Source: Candidatus Poribacteria bacterium (GTDB lineage: Bacteria; Poribacteria; WGA-4E; WGA-3G). Taken from it: a stretch of 64,000 nt of DNA. The first letter of the stretch is position 1; the number at the start of each line of letters is the position of its first letter. Both the position numbers and the translations under genes were made by a program. This document shows positions 50,277-60,191 of this stretch, piece by piece. Location: positions 1,696,001 to 1,760,000 of the forward strand of contig OZ219753.1 in the NCBI GenBank assembly GCA_964291315.2, read 5' to 3'. The notes beneath the pieces are model-generated. The model saw nothing but the letters and a program-made list of their open reading frames with translations. It was not told where the DNA came from and made no database searches.

Positions 50277-51103
50277 ATGCGGGTACTGATTATGTCGGAT
50301 ATGGAGGGTGTCAGCGGTATCGTGGTCTGGGACCAGGTAACCGGTGGTGCGTCAATGTTTGAGGAAGGCAGACACCTCTACACGGAAGAAATTAACGCCG
50401 CCGTCCGGGGGGCAAAAGCTGCCGGAGCAACGGAAATCGTTGTCGTGGACTGCCACGGGGCAGGACAAGGTTGGACTTTCAACTCACTCATCCCTGATAA
50501 AATTCACCCAGATTGCGAATGGGTCGCGCATCATGGCTGGGGACGCTATGAAGATATGTGGAAAAGCGGGTGTGATGCCTGCCTGCTCATCGGGATGCAC
50601 GCCCGCAACGGCACGCCGGACGGCGTGTTGTGCCATACCATCTCCAGCGTACAATACCGCAATCTCTGGTTCAACGACGATCTGGTGGGTGAAACTGGCG
50701 TAAACGCTGCACTTAACGGAAGTCACGGTGTACCGATCGCCCTCGTCACAGGCGACGTGGCAGTGTGCCGAGAAGCAGAAGAACTCCTCGGCAACGCACT
50801 GCCCACAGTCGCTGTTAAAAAAGGACTCAGTCGATTTAGTGCGCGACAACTGCCCCCATCCGCGCCCGTCAATTGATCGAAGACGCGGCGAGAGATGCCC
50901 TTGTCGGTTTAAGAACGAAACATGTTCAGGTTAAGCCTTACGTTCCCGAGACCCCAACGACAATCAAAATTGAAGTCTCCAGCGTTGATAAGCTTGCAGA
51001 CTTCAAAGGCCGCGCTGGTGTTGAGATAACCGGCCCTGTCACCGCTCAAAGCCACGCAAAGGATTGGCTGACTGCCTGGAATCAGTTCTGGCCACACGTC
51101 TAA
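50277..51103 (+). pseudogene. M55 family D-aminopeptidase (DppA-like), split by a 1-nt loss in a C5 run (50853-50857)
   Basis: SDMEGVSG, DCHG, IGMHAR, LCHT, GETGVNA; a C6 run restores LPPIRARQLIEDAA. Confidence 0.82.
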
Positions 51104-51522
51104 GATTCATCAAGCACATCAAGTGGATCCCCAGACACCTCTGCCCGTTCTAATATTTCAACTTCATAACCATCTGGATCGGTGATGAACGCCATTTTCA
51201 TCCCACCAGATGTGAACTGTTCGCGCCATTCATCGGGCCAAATTTCCAGTCCGGCTTTCTCCAATCCATCGCAAAATACTACAATGTCAGGCACACCGAT
51301 GGCGAAGTGCATGAGATCCTCTTGGACCTGAAGATCAAAGTCGGGTGAATAGGTTAGTTCTAGGGTGTGTGCGTTGCCAGGGAGTTCAAGATGCACAATC
51401 TGATTGCCTGCCGGTGATTTATCGCTCCGGCTGAGGACTTTGAACCCGAGATGCTCACAATACCATTTGATAGAATCGTCAAGGTCGCTGACGCGCACCC
51501 GTGTATGTAAAAAAATTGCCAT
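51100..51522 (-). CDS. VOC/glyoxalase I (lactoylglutathione lyase-like)
   Basis: FLHTRVRV.DL, LELTY, HFAIGV, AFITDPDGYEVEI; GGAG RBS before ATG 51522. Confidence 0.88.
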   Translation of the reverse strand: MAIFLHTRVRVSDLDDSIKWYCEHLGFKVLSRSDKSPAGNQIVHLELPGNAHTLELTYSPDFDLQVQEDLMHFAIGVPDIVVFCDGLEKAGLEIWPDEWREQFTSGGMKMAFITDPDGYEVEILERAEVSGDPLDVLDES

Positions 51523-51647
51523 AGAAATCTCCTTTTTGAGAATTGTAGGGATATGATAACGCACTCTACAAATTTTAGCAAGATGATTAAGGCGACTCTC
51601 GCGTGATCCTCTCTTCATACAAGAAGAAGCGAGAAAAATCATCAGAT

Positions 51648-52574
51648 CTAATAACTTCGCAGAACTGTCCCTTTTGCCCCAACAATCCAACCCATATTTT
51701 TACTTAGATGAATATTCTGCAAGTTATATTGGGCGGGGGTAGGATAACGGGTCCATGTGTTGCCACCGTCCATTGTGCGAAGGATTAATCCTTTTTCACC
51801 AATCGCCCATCCCCGTTGCTCGTCATGAAATGCGACATCCCGAAGGTTATGACGCACCAAACTCTGCTGCCGAATCCAGGATCTCCCGCTATCGGCGGTG
51901 TGAAGAATTAATCCGTTTGTACCGACAATCCAACCGTGCGTTAGACTTGCAAAGTGAACCCCAAATAGTGGCTGCTCAACGCCGCTTTTCTGTCTAATCC
52001 AGCGAACTCCGCCATCTTGGGTGTGAAGAACCTCACCTGATTCCCCGACAATCCAACCGTGCTCTGGATCTGCGAAATGGACGCTCCACAAGTGTTTATC
52101 TGAGAGGTTTCGCAAGCTTTCCCATCGACCACCGCCGTTTTCTGTCCAAAGAACCGTTCCTCTGCCGCCAACCACCCATCCTTCTGTTGTGTTGACAAAA
52201 TGGATATCTAATATTCCTGGCGGCTTCCCTCGACTCCGTATCTGGTGTTGGGTGCTCCAGGTCGTTCCACCGCTCCCGGTATAGTGTACTTTTCCGATAC
52301 TCGCAATCCAACCGTTATTTGATGTTGTAAAGCTAACATGCGTCAACGTATCTTTAGAGAGTGTAGATGATGTCCAACTCACTCCACCATCAATTGTAGA
52401 TAAGACCGTCCCTGCGCTGCCAACCGCCCAACCGCGTTTAGCATCCACAAAATCGACGCCGTAAAGATGCACATCGGTATTGCTCTCAATCTGTTGCCAC
52501 TCAAATTCTGTTGTGTCTTCGGAGCAACCGAAGACTATAAGACTACCGCATAAAATAATCAGGACAAAATACAT
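51648..52574 (-). CDS. YCF48/BNR-repeat beta-propeller lipoprotein
   Basis: Lipobox VFGC; repeats L..V.F.....GW.VG..G..L.T.DGG..W. Confidence 0.88.
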   Translation of the reverse strand: MYFVLIILCGSLIVFGCSEDTTEFEWQQIESNTDVHLYGVDFVDAKRGWAVGSAGTVLSTIDGGVSWTSSTLSKDTLTHVSFTTSNNGWIASIGKVHYTGSGGTTWSTQHQIRSRGKPPGILDIHFVNTTEGWVVGGRGTVLWTENGGGRWESLRNLSDKHLWSVHFADPEHGWIVGESGEVLHTQDGGVRWIRQKSGVEQPLFGVHFASLTHGWIVGTNGLILHTADSGRSWIRQQSLVRHNLRDVAFHDEQRGWAIGEKGLILRTMDGGNTWTRYPTPAQYNLQNIHLSKNMGWIVGAKGTVLRSY

Positions 52575-52643
52575 CTCGTTCCCCATTTCTAAATGAAATT
52601 TGTATTGCATCTATTTTCTCAATCTTGATAGACTCTACTATTA

Positions 52644-53126
52644 TAATGTGATATTGATAAAAGCGTCAGATTTTAAGAGGCGAGGTTCTCGGAGAACTAC
52701 CGAAGTTCAGAAACGTTCAACGACGGCTTAACTTCCGAAAACTGATACGCCAGCAACGCAGCGTAGATATTCACTTCGCAGTTCTTAAAACCACGATGCC
52801 GAGTATGTTCCAACTGCATTTGACTCTTTAACTGACCTATCACCGTCTCAACCAGCAGCCGTCTTCTGAACAGTTCCTGATCTACCTCCGAATAGAGGCT
52901 GCCCACAGCCATGCTGCTGCGACTAAATTCGAGACCGGCTTGCGATCGTCCGTATTTCCAAGCGTCAACGATACCGCTAAGAGCTCTCCGCTGTCGTTGA
53001 TGAGCAGGTGCAGTTTCAAACCCATACCGCCATCCCCTAGCCGTCTTAGACCGACTTGATCTTTATTATACCAAAGAGGTTCTCTTTATACAAAGAAAAT
53101 AACCATTAGCTATCAAGCTCATGTTA
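52644..53126 (-). mobile_element. IS982-family relic (deleted transposase pseudogene with degenerate terminal inverted repeats)
   Basis: Fragments KLHLLINDSGELLAVSLTLGNTDDRKPV and ETVIGQLKSQMQLEHTRHR..NIYAALLAY...KPSL; ends TAATGTGATATTGA (52644) and TCAAGCTCATGTTA (53113-53126). Confidence 0.8.
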
Positions 53127-53313
53127 TGATTATACAAATCCGAGTTTTATAGTTAAACTCTCTTTCATTAGAAAGGTAAAGCGGGCAAGGACGTATTCCG
53201 GGGCATTCCGCTTTTGAGTCGGCAGCGCTCAAGTGTCAGCAGCATCAGTGAGGAGGTGTGATATTTTGTGCCTACGAAAAGGAAAAAAGGCAAGGTAGCG
53301 GCTGTGGTTAAAA

Positions 53314-53353
53314 GACGTTGGGGGGTGCAACCTGTGTTCCACCCCCCAACGTC
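53314..53353 (-). terminator. Intrinsic terminator for the lamin-tail gene pair
   Basis: 14-bp stem GACGTTGGGGGGTG...CACCCCCCAACGTC followed by TTTT on the minus strand. Confidence 0.75.
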
Positions 53354-53404
53354 CTATTAGTTGATTTGTAAGGTTAGTTTGTCTATTTCTAACCGCTGTG
53401 TCTG

Positions 53405-56176
53405 CTATTTGTCAGACGATTTGAGCTCTCCCCACCGCGTTGTGAGTTTGCCACTTGCAGAGACCTCCCCCCGCAGATGCGTCGTCCGTAACGTTGTGCG
53501 CACCCCGTCCATAGAGACGTCTTCTATCTGGTAGTAATACACCACGTTCGGCTTCGCAGTGGTATCTGTGTAGGTATAGACGTGCTTCTCGGAGGTCGTG
53601 CCGTGCCCTGCAATCAGACCCTCGGCGTTGATAGTCTTGAACTCGCCCGTCTTGCTTTCGCTGCGTAGGATATTGAAACCTGCGTTGTTCACTTCAGACT
53701 CCGTTATCCACGTAATTTCAACGTGTCCTGTCGAGGTGTTGCGCACTGGGCGGAAACTCGAGAGCGAAACAGGCAGCGGACCACCGCGCCGGTAGCCGGG
53801 CGTGCCGATATCGTTCCGATGCCCGTAGTACGTCAACGAGGCATCTGCCAGATCCGACTGCCGCCAAGAGGCTTCCATCGTTCCATCATCCGCATCGTGC
53901 GGTCCAGAACCCTCTGTCATGTCGTTGAACACACCACCGTAAGTCCGCACGATAGAGGTCCGCATATCACCAGGTTCCGGCAGATCCCATGCTTTCGTGC
54001 TTGTAGCACCTTTTATCTTAAGGTTGCCGGCTGTGTCCATAAGCATCGGATCGCCCGCGCTGACTTTGGCACGCAGTTCGAGATGGAAGCTCTCCGCACT
54101 CAGCAGCTGCCGTCCGAGCGTTGTCAACCTTAGATCGCTACCATGCTTCTCCAACAGGTTGTAGACGTAGTTCTCCGCTACATCGTTCGCAGCACTGCTT
54201 GAGACCAGCAGCAACGTCTGATTCGGTGGAATATACGTCCCCGCATCAAATGTGAGGGTTGCGTCGACATACGAGCCTAGGTCTGTCGCCTTGTTGCGGA
54301 TCTGCAACTCCCAGCCCTCAAGGTTCACCGTCTCGGTCATAGAGCTGTTGTACAGTTCTATCCACTGCACCAGGTTCGAGCGCGGCCCTGCATCATACAT
54401 AATCTCACTGATGCTGACTGTCTTGTCAAAGGTGTAGTCTCCCTCGGAGACGTTGTTCACTGCCATGTTCGGATACCCCGGCGTGCCAGGGGAACTCATC
54501 GTGTCAACCGCTTTATCTTTGCCACGATCGTAGCCGGCCCCCATGAACCCGAAGGTCTGCCAGTCGTCTTTGTGAACACGGTTGGCACGAGACTTCGCAC
54601 CATACATGCCTTGCGAATTGATCTGGACACCGCGCCCAAATGACATACTCCGAGAGGCGAAGGTATTCATACCGCCGAAGTCGTCAACGTCTCCCGGTGC
54701 TGACCACGCTACAAACGGCCAAACATCTGTATTGAACTTCCTATCTTCCATCCGTGTGAAGAACCCGTTGCCGGCGTAGTCTTTGATGTGCGTCGGTTTG
54801 CCGACATCATCTTTATGATCCCGCGTGCGCAGCAGGATCAGGAACTTGCCTTCAGCGGGAAGTTTTAGATCTTTCGCAACCACATGCTTGTGGGAGACAC
54901 CCGTGTTGATGTCCGATTTGTCCAAGAGGCTCTGAAGGTTAGTACCCGCAGCGAACTTAATACTCCGCCTCGGATCCCGGTTATAGACCACAAGATACTC
55001 GCCCGGCTTCATCCTATATTTCGGCAGCACCGCCAAACTGGTGTCTGTGAAGTTGGCATCCCCGGACTCGTGATACCCGCTGCCGTCGTCCTTCATCTTG
55101 CCCATGACGAGGCTCAGCTCATAGTTCTCTATATTCACCGAGGAATCCGATGCATTATCGCTATTATAGAACAACTCTATCCAGTCCAAGTTAGCACTTG
55201 ACGTATCGTTTCGCACCTCGTTGATGATAATACCGGTAGGTGAGATAGAGGCCGGGTTCATATCAAACTTGACAACATAGGGACCGTCCATAGGCACGTG
55301 AACGTGCCCCGGGGACCCGATGTACGGACCGCTGATGTTAATCGAGCCGACGGAAGTCTCCCAGGAACCGGGTTCACTGCCGTCCCCGAGTCCCTTCAGT
55401 TTTCCGTTTTCATACGCATACGCCTTGCCTGTGCTATCCAGCTCTATCTTCCGATACATAGAGACCATGGGGGTCGGAGCTGCGCCTGTCTCTGGGTTGC
55501 CGTCGGTATCCCCGTTGCTACCTTTCAGCGCCCAAAGCCGGCCAAAACGATCGATTGTTCTTATGCGGTCTAGAACGAGATACTTGCGCTTGCCCAAGCC
55601 CTCTTGCATGGCAATCTCAAACATCTCACCTGCAGAATAATCTAGAAGTTGAGGATAGGCTCTAACATCGGGCACGACGACTGCATCGTTCTTTTTGAGA
55701 GGGCCTTGGCTGTAGATTTCAACCCACTGCGGATTATCTTCGGTAAATGCTCTTGAAGGGGCATCTGTCCCCCACATTATTTCGGTGATAACGAGATGGT
55801 GCTTGTACGCCATCGCCTCCTCCGCTGTCGGATCAGATCCCAAACTATACTCTCTACCTGCCGTATCAACTTCAGACTGTAATGGCAATCGCAGTACAAC
55901 GACCAACGCACGACCTCCTTGGATCCTATCCCGTAGGTCACCCCAAAGGTATTCCCAATTGTCTGCCGCTGTGCCGTACACCTTCCCTGTTGCTGCGGGC
56001 AAGATGCCGTTATCAGCTTTATCTCCAGATTTAGCCCAAACAAGGAACGTTTTGGCTTCAAGGAGGTGGGTTGCAGCAGGTCCAGTCACAACGTTAAGCT
56101 GCGCGGAAGCCTGCGTCGTTGCGAAGAGACACAAAAGCCCCAATACTACCAAAAGTCTCATTTTATTCCATAACAC
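53405..56176 (-). CDS. Large secreted lamin-tail-domain (LTD) repeat protein
   Basis: Signal peptide; three units beginning ITEIM/INEV/ISEIM..W(V/I)E(I/L) and ending (S/T)PG; PLPVSLSSF Ig-like domain; tail VSASGKLTTRWGELK. Confidence 0.85.
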   Translation of the reverse strand: MLWNKMRLLVVLGLLCLFATTQASAQLNVVTGPAATHLLEAKTFLVWAKSGDKADNGILPAATGKVYGTAADNWEYLWGDLRDRIQGGRALVVVLRLPLQSEVDTAGREYSLGSDPTAEEAMAYKHHLVITEIMWGTDAPSRAFTEDNPQWVEIYSQGPLKKNDAVVVPDVRAYPQLLDYSAGEMFEIAMQEGLGKRKYLVLDRIRTIDRFGRLWALKGSNGDTDGNPETGAAPTPMVSMYRKIELDSTGKAYAYENGKLKGLGDGSEPGSWETSVGSINISGPYIGSPGHVHVPMDGPYVVKFDMNPASISPTGIIINEVRNDTSSANLDWIELFYNSDNASDSSVNIENYELSLVMGKMKDDGSGYHESGDANFTDTSLAVLPKYRMKPGEYLVVYNRDPRRSIKFAAGTNLQSLLDKSDINTGVSHKHVVAKDLKLPAEGKFLILLRTRDHKDDVGKPTHIKDYAGNGFFTRMEDRKFNTDVWPFVAWSAPGDVDDFGGMNTFASRSMSFGRGVQINSQGMYGAKSRANRVHKDDWQTFGFMGAGYDRGKDKAVDTMSSPGTPGYPNMAVNNVSEGDYTFDKTVSISEIMYDAGPRSNLVQWIELYNSSMTETVNLEGWELQIRNKATDLGSYVDATLTFDAGTYIPPNQTLLLVSSSAANDVAENYVYNLLEKHGSDLRLTTLGRQLLSAESFHLELRAKVSAGDPMLMDTAGNLKIKGATSTKAWDLPEPGDMRTSIVRTYGGVFNDMTEGSGPHDADDGTMEASWRQSDLADASLTYYGHRNDIGTPGYRRGGPLPVSLSSFRPVRNTSTGHVEITWITESEVNNAGFNILRSESKTGEFKTINAEGLIAGHGTTSEKHVYTYTDTTAKPNVVYYYQIEDVSMDGVRTTLRTTHLRGEVSASGKLTTRWGELKSSDK

Positions 56177-56269
56177 TACTTTCTTTCTCCTCTGTTATTG
56201 GTGACGCGGGCTTGACAAATATTGGATAAATATCTATCAAGCTCACATTATACCTAACTGTTGTGTCTG

Positions 56270-59092
56270 CTATTTGTTAGATGATTTGAGCTCACCCCAA
56301 CGCGTTGTGAGCTTACCCCTCACAGAGACATCTCCACGCAGATGCGTCGTCCGTAGCGTCGTCCGCACCCCGTCCATAGAGATGTCTTCTATCTGATAGT
56401 AATAGACGGCATTCGGCTTCGCACTCGTATCTGTGTAGATATACACCTGCTGCTCGGAAGTCGTGCCGTGCCCCGCAATCAAACCCTCAGAGTTGATAGC
56501 CTTAAACGCGCCGGTCTTGATCTCACTGCGCAGGATGTTGAAGCCTGCGTTGTTGAGTTCAGACTCTGTTATCCACGTAATCTCAACGTGGCCCGTTGCA
56601 GCGTTGCGAACAGGCCGGAAACTCGAGAGCGAAACAGGCAAGGGACCGCCGACCCGGTAGCCGGGCGAGCTGATATCGTCTCGGTGTCCGTAGTACGTCA
56701 GCGACGCATCTACTAGGTTAGACTGCCGCCAAGACGCTTGAATCAAACCATCATCCGGATTCGAACCACCGTTATATGTGCGGGCGATAGACATCCGCAC
56801 ATCACCGCGCTCGGGCAGAGCCCACGCCTTCGTGCGCATCGTCCCCGATATCTCAAGGTTGCCGGCTGTGTCCACAGCTATCAACTTTGACTCACCATCT
56901 TCGTTGACCTTCGCACGCAGTTCCAGATGGAAGCCCGCCGCATTCAGCAGCAGACGACCCTGCGTCGCCAACCCGAGATCACTCCGATGATTGTCTTGCA
57001 AGTTATAGACGTAGTTCTCTGCGACATCGTTCGCACCATTGTTCGACACCAGCAGCAACGTCTGATTCGGCGGCAGATATGTGCTGGCATCAAACGTGAA
57101 CTTCGCATTGACATACGAACCCGTCTCTGTTCTCTCGTTGCGGATCTCCAACTCCCACCCCTCAAGGTTTACCGTCTCAGTCATAGAGCTGTTGTACAGT
57201 TCTATCCACTGCACCAAGTTGCCGCGGGACCCTGCGTCATACATAATCTCGCTGATGCTCACTTTTCCGTCGAAGACGTAGTCGTCATCGGTTGATGAGG
57301 TGTCTTTGTCATCAGCGATCATACTCACCCCTATGTTCGGATACCCCGGCGTACCAGGGGAATCCACCGTGTCAACCGTTTTATCGCGCCCCCGATCGTA
57401 GCCGGCACCCATGAACCCGAAGGTCATCCAATCGTCTTTGTGAACGCGGTTCGCACGAGACTTCGCCCAATACATCCCCTTCGCGTTCAACTGAGCCTCC
57501 CGACCGAACGACATACTCGTAGAAGCGAAGGTGTTCATACCACCGAACTCATCAACGTCTCCCGGGGCAGACCACGCTACAAACGGCCAGACATCTGTAT
57601 TGAACTTCTTATTTTCCATGCGCTTGAAGAAACCGTTGCCCGCGTAGTCTTTGACATGTGTCGGCTTGCCAACGTCATCCGCACTATCCCGCGTGCGCAG
57701 CAGGATCAGGAACTTCCCTTCAGCAGGCAGGTTCAGGTTCTTAGAGACCACATATTTGTGTGAGGCACCTTTGTTGATGTCGGTTTTCTCCAAGAGGTCT
57801 TGAACGTTTTTACCCATGGCGAAGTTAACGCTCAGCCCCGGCTCCCGGTTATAGATCACTAGATACTCGCCCGGCATCATCTGGTATTCTGGCAGCACCG
57901 CGAGACTTGTGTCCGTGAAGTTGGCATCGCCCGACTCGTGATACCCGCTGCCGTCAGCCTTCATCTTGCCCATGACGAGGCTCAGCTCATAGTTTTTTAT
58001 ATTCACAGCGGCATCCGAGGCATTCTCGCTATTATAGAACAACTCTATCCAGTCTAAGTTAGCACTTGACGTATCGTTTCGCACCTCGTTAATGATGACA
58101 CCTGTAGGTGAGATAGAGGCGGGAGACACATTGAACTGGACTGCACCCGGTCCACTGGGATTAAGCAAGTGAACAGCCCCCGGACTCGCTTTGTAATTAC
58201 CCTTTCGGATATACTTATGCCGATATTTGGAGGCTTCCCAAGAGCTTGCTTCGTTGCCTTCCCCGAGGCCCTTCAGTTTTCCGCCTTCCACTTTATACGC
58301 CATCCCCGTCTCATCCAGCTCGATCTTCCGATACATGGAGACCATGGCATTGGCAAGATCGCCTGTATCTCTATCGGCAGGTCGATCAATAGCAGGAGTA
58401 GAGGGATCCGCATCGGGTTCACCATCGACAGTATCGCCATCGGCACCTTTCAGCTCCCACCGCTGACCCCAACGATTGAGCGTAGCGACACGATCCAAAA
58501 CAACAAACTTGCGCTCACCATTACCATCATCGTCCCACATGAACGTCTCACCCGGAGCAGGCACAACAGCGGGATCCAAATTGTAAGAGGTGCGCCATCT
58601 AATATAATCCCCAGATTTCAAAGTGCCGGCGTTATAGATTTCAAACCATTGAGCCTCTGTTCTGTAAGGGAAATCCGTCCCCCAATTCACCTCGGTGATG
58701 ACGATGCGGTGCTTCATCGCCCTCAGATCCGCATCTGACGCGTCGGCTTTCAGGCTATGGTTGGCAGCGCCATCGGCGGTAATTTCGGCTGCTGTCGGCA
58801 CACGCATTGAAATTGTGATGGCTCCGCGCATCAGTACATCCTTCAGGTCTGCCAAATCAGCGACCTCCCGCCCGTGTACATCGTAAAGCATACGGAGGTT
58901 AACCGCAACGTGACGGGAACCGCCACCTAAAGTAAAGTTCTTCATAATGAGCGAAAAGCCTTTGTCTTTCTTGAGTTGAGTCCACTGCTTATAGTCATTG
59001 CCAGCTATAACGGTGATACCAAAGGCGTGTGTGGTTGCAAAGACAAAGGTGAGCCCTAAGACTATGAAAATCCTGATTTTATTTGATAACAT
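56270..59092 (-). CDS. Large secreted lamin-tail-domain protein (tandem paralog)
   Basis: Same architecture, C-terminal two-thirds highly similar to 53405..56176; tail VSVRGKLTTRWGELK. Confidence 0.85.
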   Translation of the reverse strand: MLSNKIRIFIVLGLTFVFATTHAFGITVIAGNDYKQWTQLKKDKGFSLIMKNFTLGGGSRHVAVNLRMLYDVHGREVADLADLKDVLMRGAITISMRVPTAAEITADGAANHSLKADASDADLRAMKHRIVITEVNWGTDFPYRTEAQWFEIYNAGTLKSGDYIRWRTSYNLDPAVVPAPGETFMWDDDGNGERKFVVLDRVATLNRWGQRWELKGADGDTVDGEPDADPSTPAIDRPADRDTGDLANAMVSMYRKIELDETGMAYKVEGGKLKGLGEGNEASSWEASKYRHKYIRKGNYKASPGAVHLLNPSGPGAVQFNVSPASISPTGVIINEVRNDTSSANLDWIELFYNSENASDAAVNIKNYELSLVMGKMKADGSGYHESGDANFTDTSLAVLPEYQMMPGEYLVIYNREPGLSVNFAMGKNVQDLLEKTDINKGASHKYVVSKNLNLPAEGKFLILLRTRDSADDVGKPTHVKDYAGNGFFKRMENKKFNTDVWPFVAWSAPGDVDEFGGMNTFASTSMSFGREAQLNAKGMYWAKSRANRVHKDDWMTFGFMGAGYDRGRDKTVDTVDSPGTPGYPNIGVSMIADDKDTSSTDDDYVFDGKVSISEIMYDAGSRGNLVQWIELYNSSMTETVNLEGWELEIRNERTETGSYVNAKFTFDASTYLPPNQTLLLVSNNGANDVAENYVYNLQDNHRSDLGLATQGRLLLNAAGFHLELRAKVNEDGESKLIAVDTAGNLEISGTMRTKAWALPERGDVRMSIARTYNGGSNPDDGLIQASWRQSNLVDASLTYYGHRDDISSPGYRVGGPLPVSLSSFRPVRNAATGHVEITWITESELNNAGFNILRSEIKTGAFKAINSEGLIAGHGTTSEQQVYIYTDTSAKPNAVYYYQIEDISMDGVRTTLRTTHLRGDVSVRGKLTTRWGELKSSNK

Positions 59093-59952
59093 TACGTTCG
59101 TTTTCCTCTGTTATTGTTAAGTTAAAGATAGACAAGATAAGATATGGGATCAGGAGGACAGATCCATTCTCTCTCCTTACGATAGATATCAAATTTACGC
59201 TGAGGAACCCCCTCAGATCTTTTGATGTTAAGGGCGAAGGGAGCTTCTGTGGGGAATCCGCTGATTTCAGGCCACCTTGTTGGGTGTTAGATGGCAGTGC
59301 CAAAACTTCCTAAACTGTGTGAAAACAGAACAATAGAATAAAACAAAAACATATGAAAAGAATAGAACTACCGCTTCTTTTGCTATAGGATGAGGTTGGC
59401 TCCTGCCTATCTTCCGCTGCGGGAAGCTCTTTAGTCGGTGCGCGATTTCGTGCTGTTGGATCAGCTGGCGAGCAGGCGCAAAGCGGGTAGCGTGCTGGAG
59501 CAAGCGGATATTTTGTGATAAAGGGGATAAAACACTTACTATGTGTGGAGTGGGGGGGGGTACTAACAACAGCAGAGCTTAGACAATATAACGGGCCCTG
59601 AATATCCAAGAGATGGCTAAGCCTCTCTGACTTCATGATTCTGGGGGAAGTGTCTACAGCTTTCACATGTCTCATAGATTACAAATTCACTTTCGGACTA
59701 TTTCGCCCTCTCTTTTCTACGATATATTAAATATATCTTAAAACGCACCTCAATGTCAAGTTTTTTTATAAAAAAAATCGGGGACACCTTTTTGACTATC
59801 ATCCACTAAAATGTCAGATAGAGAATAGACGACCTCACAGACGACCGCATCTCTCTGCCGGGGAGCGCTTTCTGCGATATGCAAGAAAAAATTCGTCTAT
59901 TTTGCTGAAGAGTGATACAATATATCTTAATGAAGATGCAGTAAACCTGCTA

Positions 59953-60131
59953 TAACGTGAGTTTGAAGAAAGAGTTCGGGAGGTCCAATAACCCGTTCGA
60001 TCTCCCTGCAAGGCACTTATAACATAGAGTGTCAGCCTCTGCCGCTTTAGCTCTTCTTGCACAACCTATTCAGTTCTGCAAGGGGACCTCTTTATCCAAA
60101 GATGAGCCCAATAATTATCAAACTCGCGTTA
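59953..60131. mobile_element. 179-bp MITE with IS982-type terminal inverted repeats
   Basis: TAACGTGAGTTTGA ... TCAAACTCGCGTTA (13/14 inverted match), no credible coding content. Confidence 0.6.
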
Positions 60132-60191
60132 GTATAAAAAAAACCCGGGTGAGCTGTCAAGTGTTTTAGAGGTGACACACTGATCATAATA

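Noticed and set aside
51648-52574. YCF48 similarity as evidence of photosynthesis
   Set aside because: YCF48/BNR propellers are widespread in non-phototrophs, and no photosystem genes are present
59230-59310. c-di-AMP, c-di-GMP or cobalamin riboswitch
   Set aside because: The conserved core motifs could not be matched by eye on either strand
59079-60062. Several 74-121 aa ORFs in the long intergenic region
   Set aside because: No RBS or protein-like composition; they overlap hairpins and a MITE
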